DNA of 64,000 nucleotides from Candidatus Nanosyncoccus sp. (GTDB taxonomy: Bacteria > Patescibacteriota > Saccharimonadia > Saccharimonadales > Saccharimonadaceae), in contig JAZSCU010000024.1 in assembly GCA_045530815.1 (NCBI GenBank), forward strand, positions 65-64,064, given 5' to 3'. Under the pieces are notes generated by a model. It searched no databases, was not told the DNA's origin, and saw only the letters and a list, made by a program, of their open reading frames with translations. The translations under genes and the position numbers were made by a program. Each line of letters begins with the position of its first letter. Position 1 is the first letter of the stretch. This document shows, piece by piece, positions 36,706 through 45,473 of the stretch.

Positions 36706-37797
36706 ATGAAAAGTGTAAAGCAAATCGTAGTCGAACAAACTGACCGTGGTTACGGACATTTACTTGAGGACAAACTCGATGAATGGGCTTGTCATCAGAT
36801 CAAGCTGTCAAGTTCTTATCGCAACGGAAGTTTGGCTCCGGTATCATCTACAACGGATGGCGGCAGCCGAAAACGAGCGATCATGGAACGCGTTAAAATC
36901 ACAATGGCGCATAGCTCCATGTCTGAAAAAGAGGTGGTTTGCCGCCTCATCGAGCTTGAGAGACGCCTGGAAGATCCGGGCCTCTTAGAGAATTTCGAGT
37001 ATTTTGACATTCCGAGCTCGGAATTCATGTTGTCATTCTACTTCACACTGTGGGATGGCAGAATTGCCGAAGTCATGGATTTTCTCCATGATTATGGGAA
37101 AGATCTGAGCGGTGTCGCCCAGCATATTCCCGAAGGAGATGTCTGGCGCAAGATGTCTTACTTCGAGGGCATGAACATCGACAAAAGAAAACAGGCAAGA
37201 GATGTGGTGGAGTTTATGAACTTTCATCATGTCAAAAAAGCCACCTCTTTTGGCGGTGGAAACATTCCCGAAAGATTCTATGGGATGCCCGAGGATCTGG
37301 AGTTGACAGTCTTTGATAATGGCCCTGTGAGCTCACTCCCGGAATTGTTTCCGGACGAGAAGCAGCGGAAAAGGGTGAATTACATTCACGAATTATTATC
37401 CGCGGCTCCCCGTTACCCAGAATTAATTAGTACACAGGAACTGGTATGGATGCACGGCGTCTCTATGTACCTGGATGAAACATCGCTGATTGGCGCAATC
37501 GTCTGCGCTCACGCTCTGCTTCAGCCAGATGGATATATGTGCTATGACTACCTGCTGAACAACCAATCCTTGCAGAGAGCAGTTGTTACACAGGGATGGC
37601 CATATAATCCAGAAAAACCGATGACCATTTTCGAACGGCCTGAGACAGCCATTGAGTATGGCTTAAACATCATTAAAGCCGTCAACAAAAAGCTGGAAGG
37701 AAGATCCTTCATGGATGTAGTTGATGTCAAAGTCAATATTCTGGATCCATGGGGACCAACCAGTGTGTATTTTATACTGCAAAAACACGGAGAATAG
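36706..37797 (+). CDS. Hypothetical protein with a possible degenerate class I SAM-methyltransferase fold
   Basis: ATSFGGG, LTVFD, WMHGVSMYL, LLQPDGYMCYD spaced like class I MTase motifs; AAGGAGGT SD. Confidence 0.45.
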   Translation: MKSVKQIVVEQTDRGYGHLLEDKLDEWACHQIKLSSSYRNGSLAPVSSTTDGGSRKRAIMERVKITMAHSSMSEKEVVCRLIELERRLEDPGLLENFEYFDIPSSEFMLSFYFTLWDGRIAEVMDFLHDYGKDLSGVAQHIPEGDVWRKMSYFEGMNIDKRKQARDVVEFMNFHHVKKATSFGGGNIPERFYGMPEDLELTVFDNGPVSSLPELFPDEKQRKRVNYIHELLSAAPRYPELISTQELVWMHGVSMYLDETSLIGAIVCAHALLQPDGYMCYDYLLNNQSLQRAVVTQGWPYNPEKPMTIFERPETAIEYGLNIIKAVNKKLEGRSFMDVVDVKVNILDPWGPTSVYFILQKHGE

Positions 37798-37809
37798 TCC
37801 GCCTCCTAA

Positions 37810-37841
37810 AAAATCCCGTACCAAACCAGGTACGGGATTTT
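37810..37841. terminator. Bidirectional terminator
   Basis: AAAATCCCGTACC..GGTACGGGATTTT between convergent genes. Confidence 0.82.
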
Positions 37842-37857
37842 ACTGTCAAGAAGAGAA

Positions 37858-39219
37858 TTATAGCAAGTGCTTCTTGATCTGGTGATCGCCAGGGCTCGTT
37901 ACCGCCGGTACTACTTGCATTACTATTTCTACCGGGACCAAATCACGTTCATCCAAACTGAAGTGTCCTCTAGATTTGCCGAATAATACTTTGCCCACTA
38001 TCTTACCTTTACTATCGCGTAGTTCTGCTACTGCTGCGATATCTAGGTTTTTGAGTTTTTTCATTAATTCGTCATCTGGCTCTAGCCAAATCCCGCCACT
38101 GGTTTTCTTTAGCCCTTCAACTTTTTTAATTATCTCAGGTGAGATTTTTAATTTTCTAGAACCATAGACCTCGCCGTTTATTACAAAACCAATATATTGG
38201 AAATGTAAATGATCTCGCAAAAAGTCTGCGAGCTCTAAGAGATTCACGTTGTTGCCTACTAATTTAGTTAATTTTTTTACGATATACGCTACGTCTACCT
38301 CATCAGTTGAAGCTAAAGACCCCACAAAGGTACTTAATTCGTTTAAAGCAGGGAAGAGCAACATCACTGCTGCAATCATTAAGAGATTTAGCAAAATTAC
38401 CTGAGTAGAAGGGGTAGGTACTCTAAATAGTGCCGCAAATATTGCGAAGAATATCACAAGGTATACAATCGCCGCAAGCGACATTATAATTATTTTTGAA
38501 AAACCTCTTAGCCACGGGCTGCATAGGTCAAGCAGTCTATACCTTAGAATTGCGTAATAATGGAAAATCCAAGCAATTGACATGGCAATTACTCCAACCC
38601 AAATGGTGCTATATTTGCCAAAATAAGGTAAAATAAAGTTAAAGACTAATGCTAAAACTCCAGTGATTGAAAAACCAATTAACACCATCCAGTTAGCTCT
38701 TCGTATACTCGCGGTCTTACCCTTGCGAGCAGTATATGCTAAACCTATCATATAGAGAATTACTGCTAAGAAATGATATGCCCCGTATAAAATATAAAAC
38801 ATATCATGACGTACGTGTACGACATTACCGCTGGCTTCATTTAGCTCATAACCGCTATAGAGCAAGTCCGGATTTACTAGAATTAATGTTACGAATATTG
38901 CACAGACTAATCCTAGTATTCCCATACCGATTTTACCTGGTAAATATTTATGACAAGTATATGCCATCAGCCCCCAACACATCACTGGTGCTCCGATATA
39001 GAACATATCGATTGACATGGATGCCCATTTATCTCCAGTGGATTCTGGAAGAGATAAGAAAATTCCCACACCAACTGCCCAGGCCAGCGCCGCTAGGGTT
39101 GTCAAGAAAAACAAAAATGCTTGCAGTCTGTCGCCTTTGTGGGCCCCCGATACCACCGCTACACCTGAAAGCGCGGTTAATATTGCGACAATAATGAGTA
39201 ATAATGTTGTTAGTTGCAC
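37858..39219 (-). CDS. Polytopic membrane protein, HisKA-7TM-like sensor region without a kinase domain
   Basis: About 9 hydrophobic segments, YAILRYRLLD motif, soluble C-terminus with no H-box or G-box; GTG start. Confidence 0.65.
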   Translation of the reverse strand: MQLTTLLLIIVAILTALSGVAVVSGAHKGDRLQAFLFFLTTLAALAWAVGVGIFLSLPESTGDKWASMSIDMFYIGAPVMCWGLMAYTCHKYLPGKIGMGILGLVCAIFVTLILVNPDLLYSGYELNEASGNVVHVRHDMFYILYGAYHFLAVILYMIGLAYTARKGKTASIRRANWMVLIGFSITGVLALVFNFILPYFGKYSTIWVGVIAMSIAWIFHYYAILRYRLLDLCSPWLRGFSKIIIMSLAAIVYLVIFFAIFAALFRVPTPSTQVILLNLLMIAAVMLLFPALNELSTFVGSLASTDEVDVAYIVKKLTKLVGNNVNLLELADFLRDHLHFQYIGFVINGEVYGSRKLKISPEIIKKVEGLKKTSGGIWLEPDDELMKKLKNLDIAAVAELRDSKGKIVGKVLFGKSRGHFSLDERDLVPVEIVMQVVPAVTSPGDHQIKKHLL

Positions 39220-39271
39220 GTTTGCCTCCTTGTTAATTAAAGTTTATCACGTGGTTTACTCAAAATCAATG

Positions 39272-40231
39272 TTAAAAGTTAGAGAAATATTGTGACCAGT
39301 GCGTCTTGTGCTGCGAATCCAGATCAAAATAAAAACCTACTGCTAGTTTTGTGAAATCTGGATTCAAAATATTTTCTCGATGTTTTTCTGAATTCATCCA
39401 TGCCGCCACTGTTGTCTCCGGTGATACTGCAGAATTTCCTACCACCAGATTTTCGCCCTCTAAAGATACCGCATTGCCGTTAGGATTGTCGCAGGCTGTA
39501 CTCCAAGGTGTACCATCTGGACGCGTATGTGAATACAAAGTCACCAGCTCTTCTGCTCGGATTTCTGCCGCATCTGTACAAGTATCTCCCCAGGTCAACT
39601 TTGACAAACCATTACGAACCCTTTCTTGGTTTACTAAAGATAAAATCTCATACTCCCATTTAATTTTTGGCACCTTTTCTACTACTACTTCTATCGAATC
39701 GCGCCTTGTACCATCATAAGTACCTGCCGTAATTGTAGTGGTCCCTACACCTGAAATAATCGGGAACCTACAGGTATCATCTGAATAACCCAACCAAGTA
39801 CGAGCACCAGAGAAAAATCCAGAGATCACATCAGTATTACTGGTCTGCCAATACATTTCACCCAAATTAGATAGCCCACCACCTACACAAATATCGTAAT
39901 CTGCTGATTCGTAAATCGTAACTACATCCTCAGCCCATAATTCACCTGCTGGCACTGGCGCCGAATCTACCCCTGTTGAAGTGTGTACTGATGTCCTATA
40001 CTCTTTTTGTGCATCAGTTAAACTTGCGCTAGAATTACTTTCTGCGCCAATTAGCTCTGGGGTCTCCACTGCGCCACCGTCATCATCACTTCGTTCATCT
40101 ACTACCTTGAATTCCATCCCCCCGTTAAAGAAAATTGCACCAGCTACTAGTACGCCGGCCACTAAAATAGCCACCGCATTTAACGATAATAAAATTGTTA
40201 TTTTTGTTTGTCTAAAAGCCGCCGCCGTCAT
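39272..40231 (-). CDS. Membrane-anchored CAP (SCP/PR-1) domain protein with Ig-like domain
   Basis: LSLVNQER..GLSKL, SHTRPDG, GENLVVG, AWMNSEKHRENIL. Confidence 0.85.
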   Translation of the reverse strand: MTAAAFRQTKITILLSLNAVAILVAGVLVAGAIFFNGGMEFKVVDERSDDDGGAVETPELIGAESNSSASLTDAQKEYRTSVHTSTGVDSAPVPAGELWAEDVVTIYESADYDICVGGGLSNLGEMYWQTSNTDVISGFFSGARTWLGYSDDTCRFPIISGVGTTTITAGTYDGTRRDSIEVVVEKVPKIKWEYEILSLVNQERVRNGLSKLTWGDTCTDAAEIRAEELVTLYSHTRPDGTPWSTACDNPNGNAVSLEGENLVVGNSAVSPETTVAAWMNSEKHRENILNPDFTKLAVGFYFDLDSQHKTHWSQYFSNF

Positions 40232-40283
40232 TAATTACCTTCACTTAATGCTTATTTATATCATTATATGGCAACTTTATGCT

Positions 40284-41453
40284 CTAGTCAATCTCCACCC
40301 TTGGATAGATATTAAGAGAATATGGATCCGTTGGCTCTACCCCAGATTTTATTTCAAAGAAAGCTGCCGCCGCCACCATCGCACCATTGTCTCCAGATAA
40401 TTTTAGCTCAGGAAAGTATACTTTTACATTTTTATTAAATTTTTCTATCATTTTCTTTCGCAACTCTTTGTTAGCGCTTACTCCTCCTGCTACTACAATT
40501 GACTTAGTATCAGGGTATTTTTCTAGTGCTAACTTCATTTTTTCGCACAAAATCTCTATCGCGGTTTTTTGGAATGAAGCCGCAAAATCACAAACTTGCT
40601 TCTTTGATAGTAATTCTTTTAGCTGATGGGAAGGATAAGAAATTGGCACCCCCACCTCTTTTTGCACTGCTCGAAGCACCGCTGTTTTTAGTCCCGAAAA
40701 CGAAAAATCTAGCCCTGGGATTTTTGGGTGCGGGAGCCGATACATATTTGCGTCACCAGAGAGATCATAGTTGCCACTAGCTGCAGCTGCAATCGATGGT
40801 CCTCCCGGATACGGCAATCCTAGAATTTTTGCTACTTTGTCAAAACACTCCCCCACCGCATCATCCCTTGTCGTCCCCACAATCTTAAACTGGTTATGTG
40901 CCGGCATATAAAGTATTTGGGTATGCCCACCCGAAACTACCAGTGCCAAAATCGGAAATTTCGGACTACAATTATTCATGTCCAGCTCGAGGGGATTCGG
41001 AGTCTGGCAAGGCGAGGACGGGCGTCGATCGCCCATGCCGATGGGTCGACCGGACGCGGCTCGAGAGTGAGCATGAATATTGTCTCCGGCTAACCAGTTT
41101 GCATAAACATGTGATTTAAGATGATGCACCGCATAAAGAGGCTTATTGTATAAAATTGCCAAAGTTCTCGCCGTCAAAGTACCAATTAAAAGGGAACCAA
41201 GAAGCCCCGGTGCATGCGTCACCGCAATTGCATCAATATCGTTCCACGAACAGCTAGCATCCTCTAGGGCCTTTTTTACGACGGGCATCATCACCTCTAG
41301 GTGGCTTCTCGCTGCCACCTCTGGTATTACCCCACCATATTCTGCAAAAATATCAATTTGCGACACCACAACATTAGACAAAATTTTTACTCCATCCTCT
41401 ACTACCGAGGCGGCCGTCTCGTCACAACTAGTCTCAATCCCCAATATTTTCAT
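40284..41453 (-). CDS. tsaD: tRNA N6-threonylcarbamoyltransferase TsaD with a palindrome-encoded insertion of about 42 aa
   Basis: ILGIETSCDET, GGVIPEVAARSH, HHLKSH, VSGGHT, DDAVGECFDKVA..LGLPYPGGP, FSFSGLKT, GDNGAMVA. Confidence 0.96.
   Translation of the reverse strand: MKILGIETSCDETAASVVEDGVKILSNVVVSQIDIFAEYGGVIPEVAARSHLEVMMPVVKKALEDASCSWNDIDAIAVTHAPGLLGSLLIGTLTARTLAILYNKPLYAVHHLKSHVYANWLAGDNIHAHSRAASGRPIGMGDRRPSSPCQTPNPLELDMNNCSPKFPILALVVSGGHTQILYMPAHNQFKIVGTTRDDAVGECFDKVAKILGLPYPGGPSIAAAASGNYDLSGDANMYRLPHPKIPGLDFSFSGLKTAVLRAVQKEVGVPISYPSHQLKELLSKKQVCDFAASFQKTAIEILCEKMKLALEKYPDTKSIVVAGGVSANKELRKKMIEKFNKNVKVYFPELKLSGDNGAMVAAAAFFEIKSGVEPTDPYSLNIYPRVEID
40962..41088. repeat. Palindromic element (about 126 bp) inserted in frame in tsaD
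   Basis: Arms CGGACTACAATTATTCATG / CATGAATATTGTCTCCG; inner CTCGAG..CTCGAG and CCCAT/ATGGG; core resembles the valS element. Confidence 0.82.
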
Positions 41454-41500
41454 CTCTTAATTATACCACAAGTAACTAAAAACGTATATTTAAACAGGGG

Positions 41501-41563
41501 AAATATATCACCAGATGAATATTAGAATATAAACATTACTACAAATATATCACCAGGTGAATA
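41501..41563. promoter_or_regulatory. Pair of 21-bp operator-like direct repeats upstream of tsaD
   Basis: AAATATATCACCAG(A/G)TGAATA at 41501 and 41543; core TCACC-A-GGTGA dyad. Confidence 0.55.
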
Positions 41564-41570
41564 AATTTTG

Positions 41571-42002
41571 TTATACGTGATGATATTTTCCACCTCTCGC
41601 TATCTCTTGTGCTCGGTAAGTTTGTTCCATAACTATCATTCTAGCCATCATATGAGGAAATACCAGACGCGAAAAACCCCATATAAAGTTCGCTTTTTCT
41701 CGCACCTCGGCTGGAAATCCATATGCTCCGCCAATTAATATCACTACTTCCAAACCTTGTTCCATTGCCTCAGTAATTTTTGACGAATATTCGTCCGATG
41801 ATATATTATTACCCCGTTCGTCACAACAAATCACATATTCCCGCCCCGTAAATGGCCATTTTTCTAATTTTTGGATTAGTTTATCTTCCTCAACAAATTC
41901 CCACTTCACCTCATATGGTTTCCTTAGTCGCTTTTCATACTCTGCGATAATTTCACTCACCGCCCCCTGATTTTTCTTTCCCCCGGCAATTATTCTAATC
42001 AT
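41571..42002 (-). CDS. rlmH: 23S rRNA (pseudouridine1915-N3)-methyltransferase
   Basis: EYEKRL, DERG, LIGGAYG, LVFPHMMAR..MEQTYRA..I..G.KYH. Confidence 0.95.
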   Translation of the reverse strand: MIRIIAGGKKNQGAVSEIIAEYEKRLRKPYEVKWEFVEEDKLIQKLEKWPFTGREYVICCDERGNNISSDEYSSKITEAMEQGLEVVILIGGAYGFPAEVREKANFIWGFSRLVFPHMMARMIVMEQTYRAQEIARGGKYHHV

Positions 42003-42230
42003 ATATTATCCTTATAAGACATTTGTTCGAACAATATTTTACTTCACTTCAATCTATTTTGCAATTAATTTTAGATAAAACAAAAAAATATGAAAAAAAT
42101 GTGGTATATTACGAGGCTAACCAATTGGATATAAGCTATATTAATATATAAAAACGAGAAACAAAGATATCAAATACTTATCCAAGAAAAGTCATTGGGA
42201 CAGGTTGCGATAAAAAAATAAAGATAGGTC

Positions 42231-42450
42231 ATACATAAAAAAACAAAAAGTTTTTTAAGCAAAACTCTTACAAGTTTTAAAAATATAAGACTTCTGATCT
42301 TTTTGTTGCTAATTGTAGTAGCAACCTCTGTTCTTAATTTTGATTCACCAGTATCCGCAAAAAATAGTACTCCTACCCTTGAACTTAGGAGTAGCAGCAT
42401 GTCGGTAAATATCACCCCAAATCTTTCTTCTGGGGTTTTAATAAATCTAC
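42231..42450 (+). pseudogene. 5' remnant of a secreted or surface protein gene
   Basis: Open frame IHKKTKSF..IRLLIFLLLIVVATSVLNFDSPVSAKNSTPTLEL looks like a signal peptide; no ATG; runs into the tRNA-linked element at 42451. Confidence 0.4.
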
Positions 42451-42686
42451 AAGCAAAAGTCTTCCGTCCTCCTTGCTCGAAATATCATGAGCAAACTCCC
42501 TATATTCTCTCGTTTCGTCGTCCGGTCGAACCTACGGTTCTCATCCTACCAGTTTTTATTATAGAAAATACCCGAACAAATGCTCGGGTATTTTCTATGG
42601 CTAGGCTGGCAGGATGACGGCTTCGCTTCGCTACGCCTAGACCTCGCTTCGCTCGGTGCGAACCTACGGTTCTCATCCTACCAGCT
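42451..42686 (-). repeat. tRNA-Gln-linked repeat array (two structured units + hairpin)
   Basis: 18-bp copy of the tRNA 3' end TGGCTAGGCTGGCAGGAT at 42598; 26-bp direct repeat CGAACCTACGGTTCTCATCCTACCAG at 42527 and 42659. Confidence 0.88.
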
Positions 42687-42691
42687 TAAGT

Positions 42692-42739
42692 ATATGAATT
42701 AAAATAAGACTCCTTCGGAGTCTTCTTCTAATTCATATG
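42692..42739 (-). terminator. Hairpin directly after tRNA-Gln
   Basis: ATATGAATT..AAGACTCC-TTCG-GAGTCTT..AATTCATAT. Confidence 0.7.
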
Positions 42740-42812
42740 GCTAGGCTGGCAGGATTCGAACCTGCGAATGACGGGACCAAAACCCGTTGCCTTACCACTT
42801 GGCGACAGCCTA
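42738..42812 (-). tRNA. tRNA-Gln(TTG)
   Basis: TAGGCTG/CAGCCTA acceptor, ACGGG-TTTTGGT-CCCGT, TTCGAAT, GCCA. Confidence 0.96.
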
Positions 42813-42894
42813 ACGTAATTCTGATTATACCACATAAAACCAAAAATCCAAAATCACTATACCTTGTCTTAAGAGGCTAAACTCTTTTAGCTAA

Positions 42895-45099
42895 TTACAC
42901 TAGACTATCAAATTCTTCCATAGAAGAAATCAAAAGTTCACGCGGTTTATTACCATTTTGTGGTCCAATCACCCCAATTTCCTCAAGCCACACCGCAAGA
43001 CCAGATACAAAACCGTGGCCTTTACCAAGATAAGTCTGAAGCATGGCAGTAGAGAATTTACCCTTATTCAGAGAAATTTCCACAGCTTTTCTTACAACTG
43101 GATCATTTGGATCATAGCGACGTCCAAGATCCCCGATGCTTCCACCACCAGAAGGCCCCATACCCTTGATTGCTACAGCCTGTGCAGTAACCTCATTATT
43201 GTATTCAGGTGGACGTTGTGCTCGCAAGAAATCAGTAACCTTATTGATATCCTCATCAGATGCCCAAGCACCCTGAATTCGACGCGGTTTCCCCATCATC
43301 TCGGTAGTCAGAAGAAGCATATCACCTTTACCAAGCAACTTTTCTGCCCCGCCCTGGTCAAGCATGATTTGCGAATCTATACGAGAGCCCACAGCAAAAG
43401 CGATTCTCCCCGGAATGTTTGCCTTAATCAAACCAGTAATCACCTTTACCTCTGGACGCTGAGTCGCGAGCACCAAGTGAATACCTGCGGCACGACCTTT
43501 TTGCGCAATTCTCACAATCAGCATTTCTAGGTCTTTGCCGGCCATCATCATAAGATCAGCCATCTCATCAATCACAATAACGATATAAGGCATTTTACCT
43601 TCTTTTTCAGGAGCTTTTTCAGCAGATTTGGCCATTTTTGCGTTATAATCAGCGATATTTTTGACCTTTTCTTCTGCCATCAGCGTATAACGTCTTTCCA
43701 TCTCGCCTACCGCCCATTTCATCGCCGAAAGCGCCTTTTCTGTAGAGGTAATAATTGGAGCCAGAAGATGCGGTATATCTTGATATTGCGCCATTTCAAC
43801 CTGCTTAGGATCGACAATAATCAACTTCATATCCGATGGAGCATTGCGATAAAGCAGGGAACTAATCAGGGTATTTGTCATCACTGACTTACCAGAACCA
43901 GTAGTACCAGCAATCAAAAGGTGGGGCATTTTAGCAAGATTAGTTACTACAGATCGGCCGGAAATATCTTTGCCTACTGCAAAAGTTAAAGGATCGGCAG
44001 CTTTCTTCCATTCATTACTCTCAAGTACACCTCTAAGCCTTACGTCGGCAGATTTAGAGTTTGGAATTTCTACCCCGACCGATCTAGTTCCAGGAATTGG
44101 CGCCTCAATCCTAATCTTATCAACAGCAAGATTTAAAGCTAATTCCTTATCCCGGGCCAAAATTTTAGAAAGATTTACCCCGGCCGGTGGACGCATCGTG
44201 TACTGAGTTACGCGTGGCCCCACATTTGCCCCCTCCATCTCTACTTCTATACCAAATTCCGCCAAAGTGGATTTAATAATATAGGCATTCTGTTGGATAT
44301 TACCCGCATCTGCAGGGGACTGTTTTTTCTCCAAAAGGTCAGTACTAGGCATTTTCCAGTCAGGATCGTCCATTGCTACTAATGCAGTTGGCTCCTTAGG
44401 CGCTTCTGGTGCGGGAGCTTTGGTTGGAACTTTATGCAAAAGTCGCCCAGCGGATTTTACAGGGGCAGCCTCAGCTGCTGCTACACCGGCATTGACTTTA
44501 ATCTCGAGCTGTCCAGGTTTTCGCGCTTTTTTGACCCCATCATCTGCTTCATCGGCGGCCTTTTTGCTGGGCTTAACCAGATTTTTAGTGCCTTTAAATA
44601 GGGTAATAGGGGAAATTTGTAGTAAGAATGCTAGAGTAATAAAAATCAAAACAATATAAATAATAATTACAAACCCTTGATCTAGAGCCTTAGTCATAAT
44701 ACTGTTTAGCCAATTACCAACAATCCCACCGTTACCCCAAATTGCACCAACACCAGTAAGCCAAAACAACATAATAAGACTCGCTAGGTAAACAGGAAAT
44801 GCCACTCTGTTGTCTTCTGCGCGAAAGATTTTTATTGCTAAATAGACTAGGAGTGGAGGAATAAAATAAGTTGCTACCCCTAGGCCTTTTGCAATTGTCT
44901 GATGGATAATATTAAGTACGGAACCACCATGTCCAAACCAAGTAATCACAAAAAACAATGCAAGAGCAATCATCAGGACTGCCATAATCTGTCGCCAAAA
45001 CCCACCAGGCAATTCGTGTTCTGGCCTTACCTCCTTACTAGAGCTTCTTGTTGAGCGTTTTTTAGTTTTTTTTGAAGTTTTACGTTTTTTCGTTGCCAT
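42895..45099 (-). CDS. ftsK: DNA translocase FtsK/SpoIIIE
   Basis: N-terminal TMs, GPRVTQY, IRIEAPIPG, PHLLIAGTTGSGKSV, IDEMADLMM, ATQRP, gamma domain; start at ATG 45099 after TGGTACAAT. Confidence 0.96.
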   Translation of the reverse strand: MATKKRKTSKKTKKRSTRSSSKEVRPEHELPGGFWRQIMAVLMIALALFFVITWFGHGGSVLNIIHQTIAKGLGVATYFIPPLLVYLAIKIFRAEDNRVAFPVYLASLIMLFWLTGVGAIWGNGGIVGNWLNSIMTKALDQGFVIIIYIVLIFITLAFLLQISPITLFKGTKNLVKPSKKAADEADDGVKKARKPGQLEIKVNAGVAAAEAAPVKSAGRLLHKVPTKAPAPEAPKEPTALVAMDDPDWKMPSTDLLEKKQSPADAGNIQQNAYIIKSTLAEFGIEVEMEGANVGPRVTQYTMRPPAGVNLSKILARDKELALNLAVDKIRIEAPIPGTRSVGVEIPNSKSADVRLRGVLESNEWKKAADPLTFAVGKDISGRSVVTNLAKMPHLLIAGTTGSGKSVMTNTLISSLLYRNAPSDMKLIIVDPKQVEMAQYQDIPHLLAPIITSTEKALSAMKWAVGEMERRYTLMAEEKVKNIADYNAKMAKSAEKAPEKEGKMPYIVIVIDEMADLMMMAGKDLEMLIVRIAQKGRAAGIHLVLATQRPEVKVITGLIKANIPGRIAFAVGSRIDSQIMLDQGGAEKLLGKGDMLLLTTEMMGKPRRIQGAWASDEDINKVTDFLRAQRPPEYNNEVTAQAVAIKGMGPSGGGSIGDLGRRYDPNDPVVRKAVEISLNKGKFSTAMLQTYLGKGHGFVSGLAVWLEEIGVIGPQNGNKPRELLISSMEEFDSLV

Positions 45100-45160
45100 T
45101 ATATCTTTATTGTACCACATTCTAAAGAGAACCACAAGCACGATGCGAAGTGGCTAATTT

Positions 45161-45335
45161 TCTGAACTCTGCTATTTATTTACATTGAGCGAGCCCGAGA
45201 AGATTTTTCTAAATTTTAGGAAATTAGCTCGTGCGAACCGCATAGGCAGACGTGAGACACGAGTAATTTCCGTTAAAAAATTTAGAAAAATCCTTCTCGG
45301 CGCGAAACGAAGCGCAAATAAATAGTAGAGTTAGA
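45161..45335. repeat. Rod-shaped palindromic element (about 175 bp), homolog of 30813-30985
   Basis: Stems AACTCTGCTATTTATTT/AAATAAATAGTAGAGTT and GATTTTTCTAAATTTT/AAAATTTAGAAAAATC. Confidence 0.88.
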
Positions 45336-45404
45336 GATTTAAACACTATGAGTCATATTGATTATTTCTCTGTTATGTGCTACAATAAAAACATAATATC
45401 AGCT

Positions 45405-45470
45405 CAGCAGGTGTGTCAACCCACTCGCGATGAGAAACGGAGAACAGCACTTGCTTTAACCAAAGGAGTT
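45405..45470 (+). promoter_or_regulatory. Structured rpsF 5' leader (possible S6:S18-type autoregulatory RNA)
   Basis: AGCAGGTG..CACTTGCT stem ending just before the AAGGAG SD; TGCTACAAT promoter upstream; position matches known rpsF leaders. Confidence 0.4.
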
Positions 45471-45473
45471 TCT

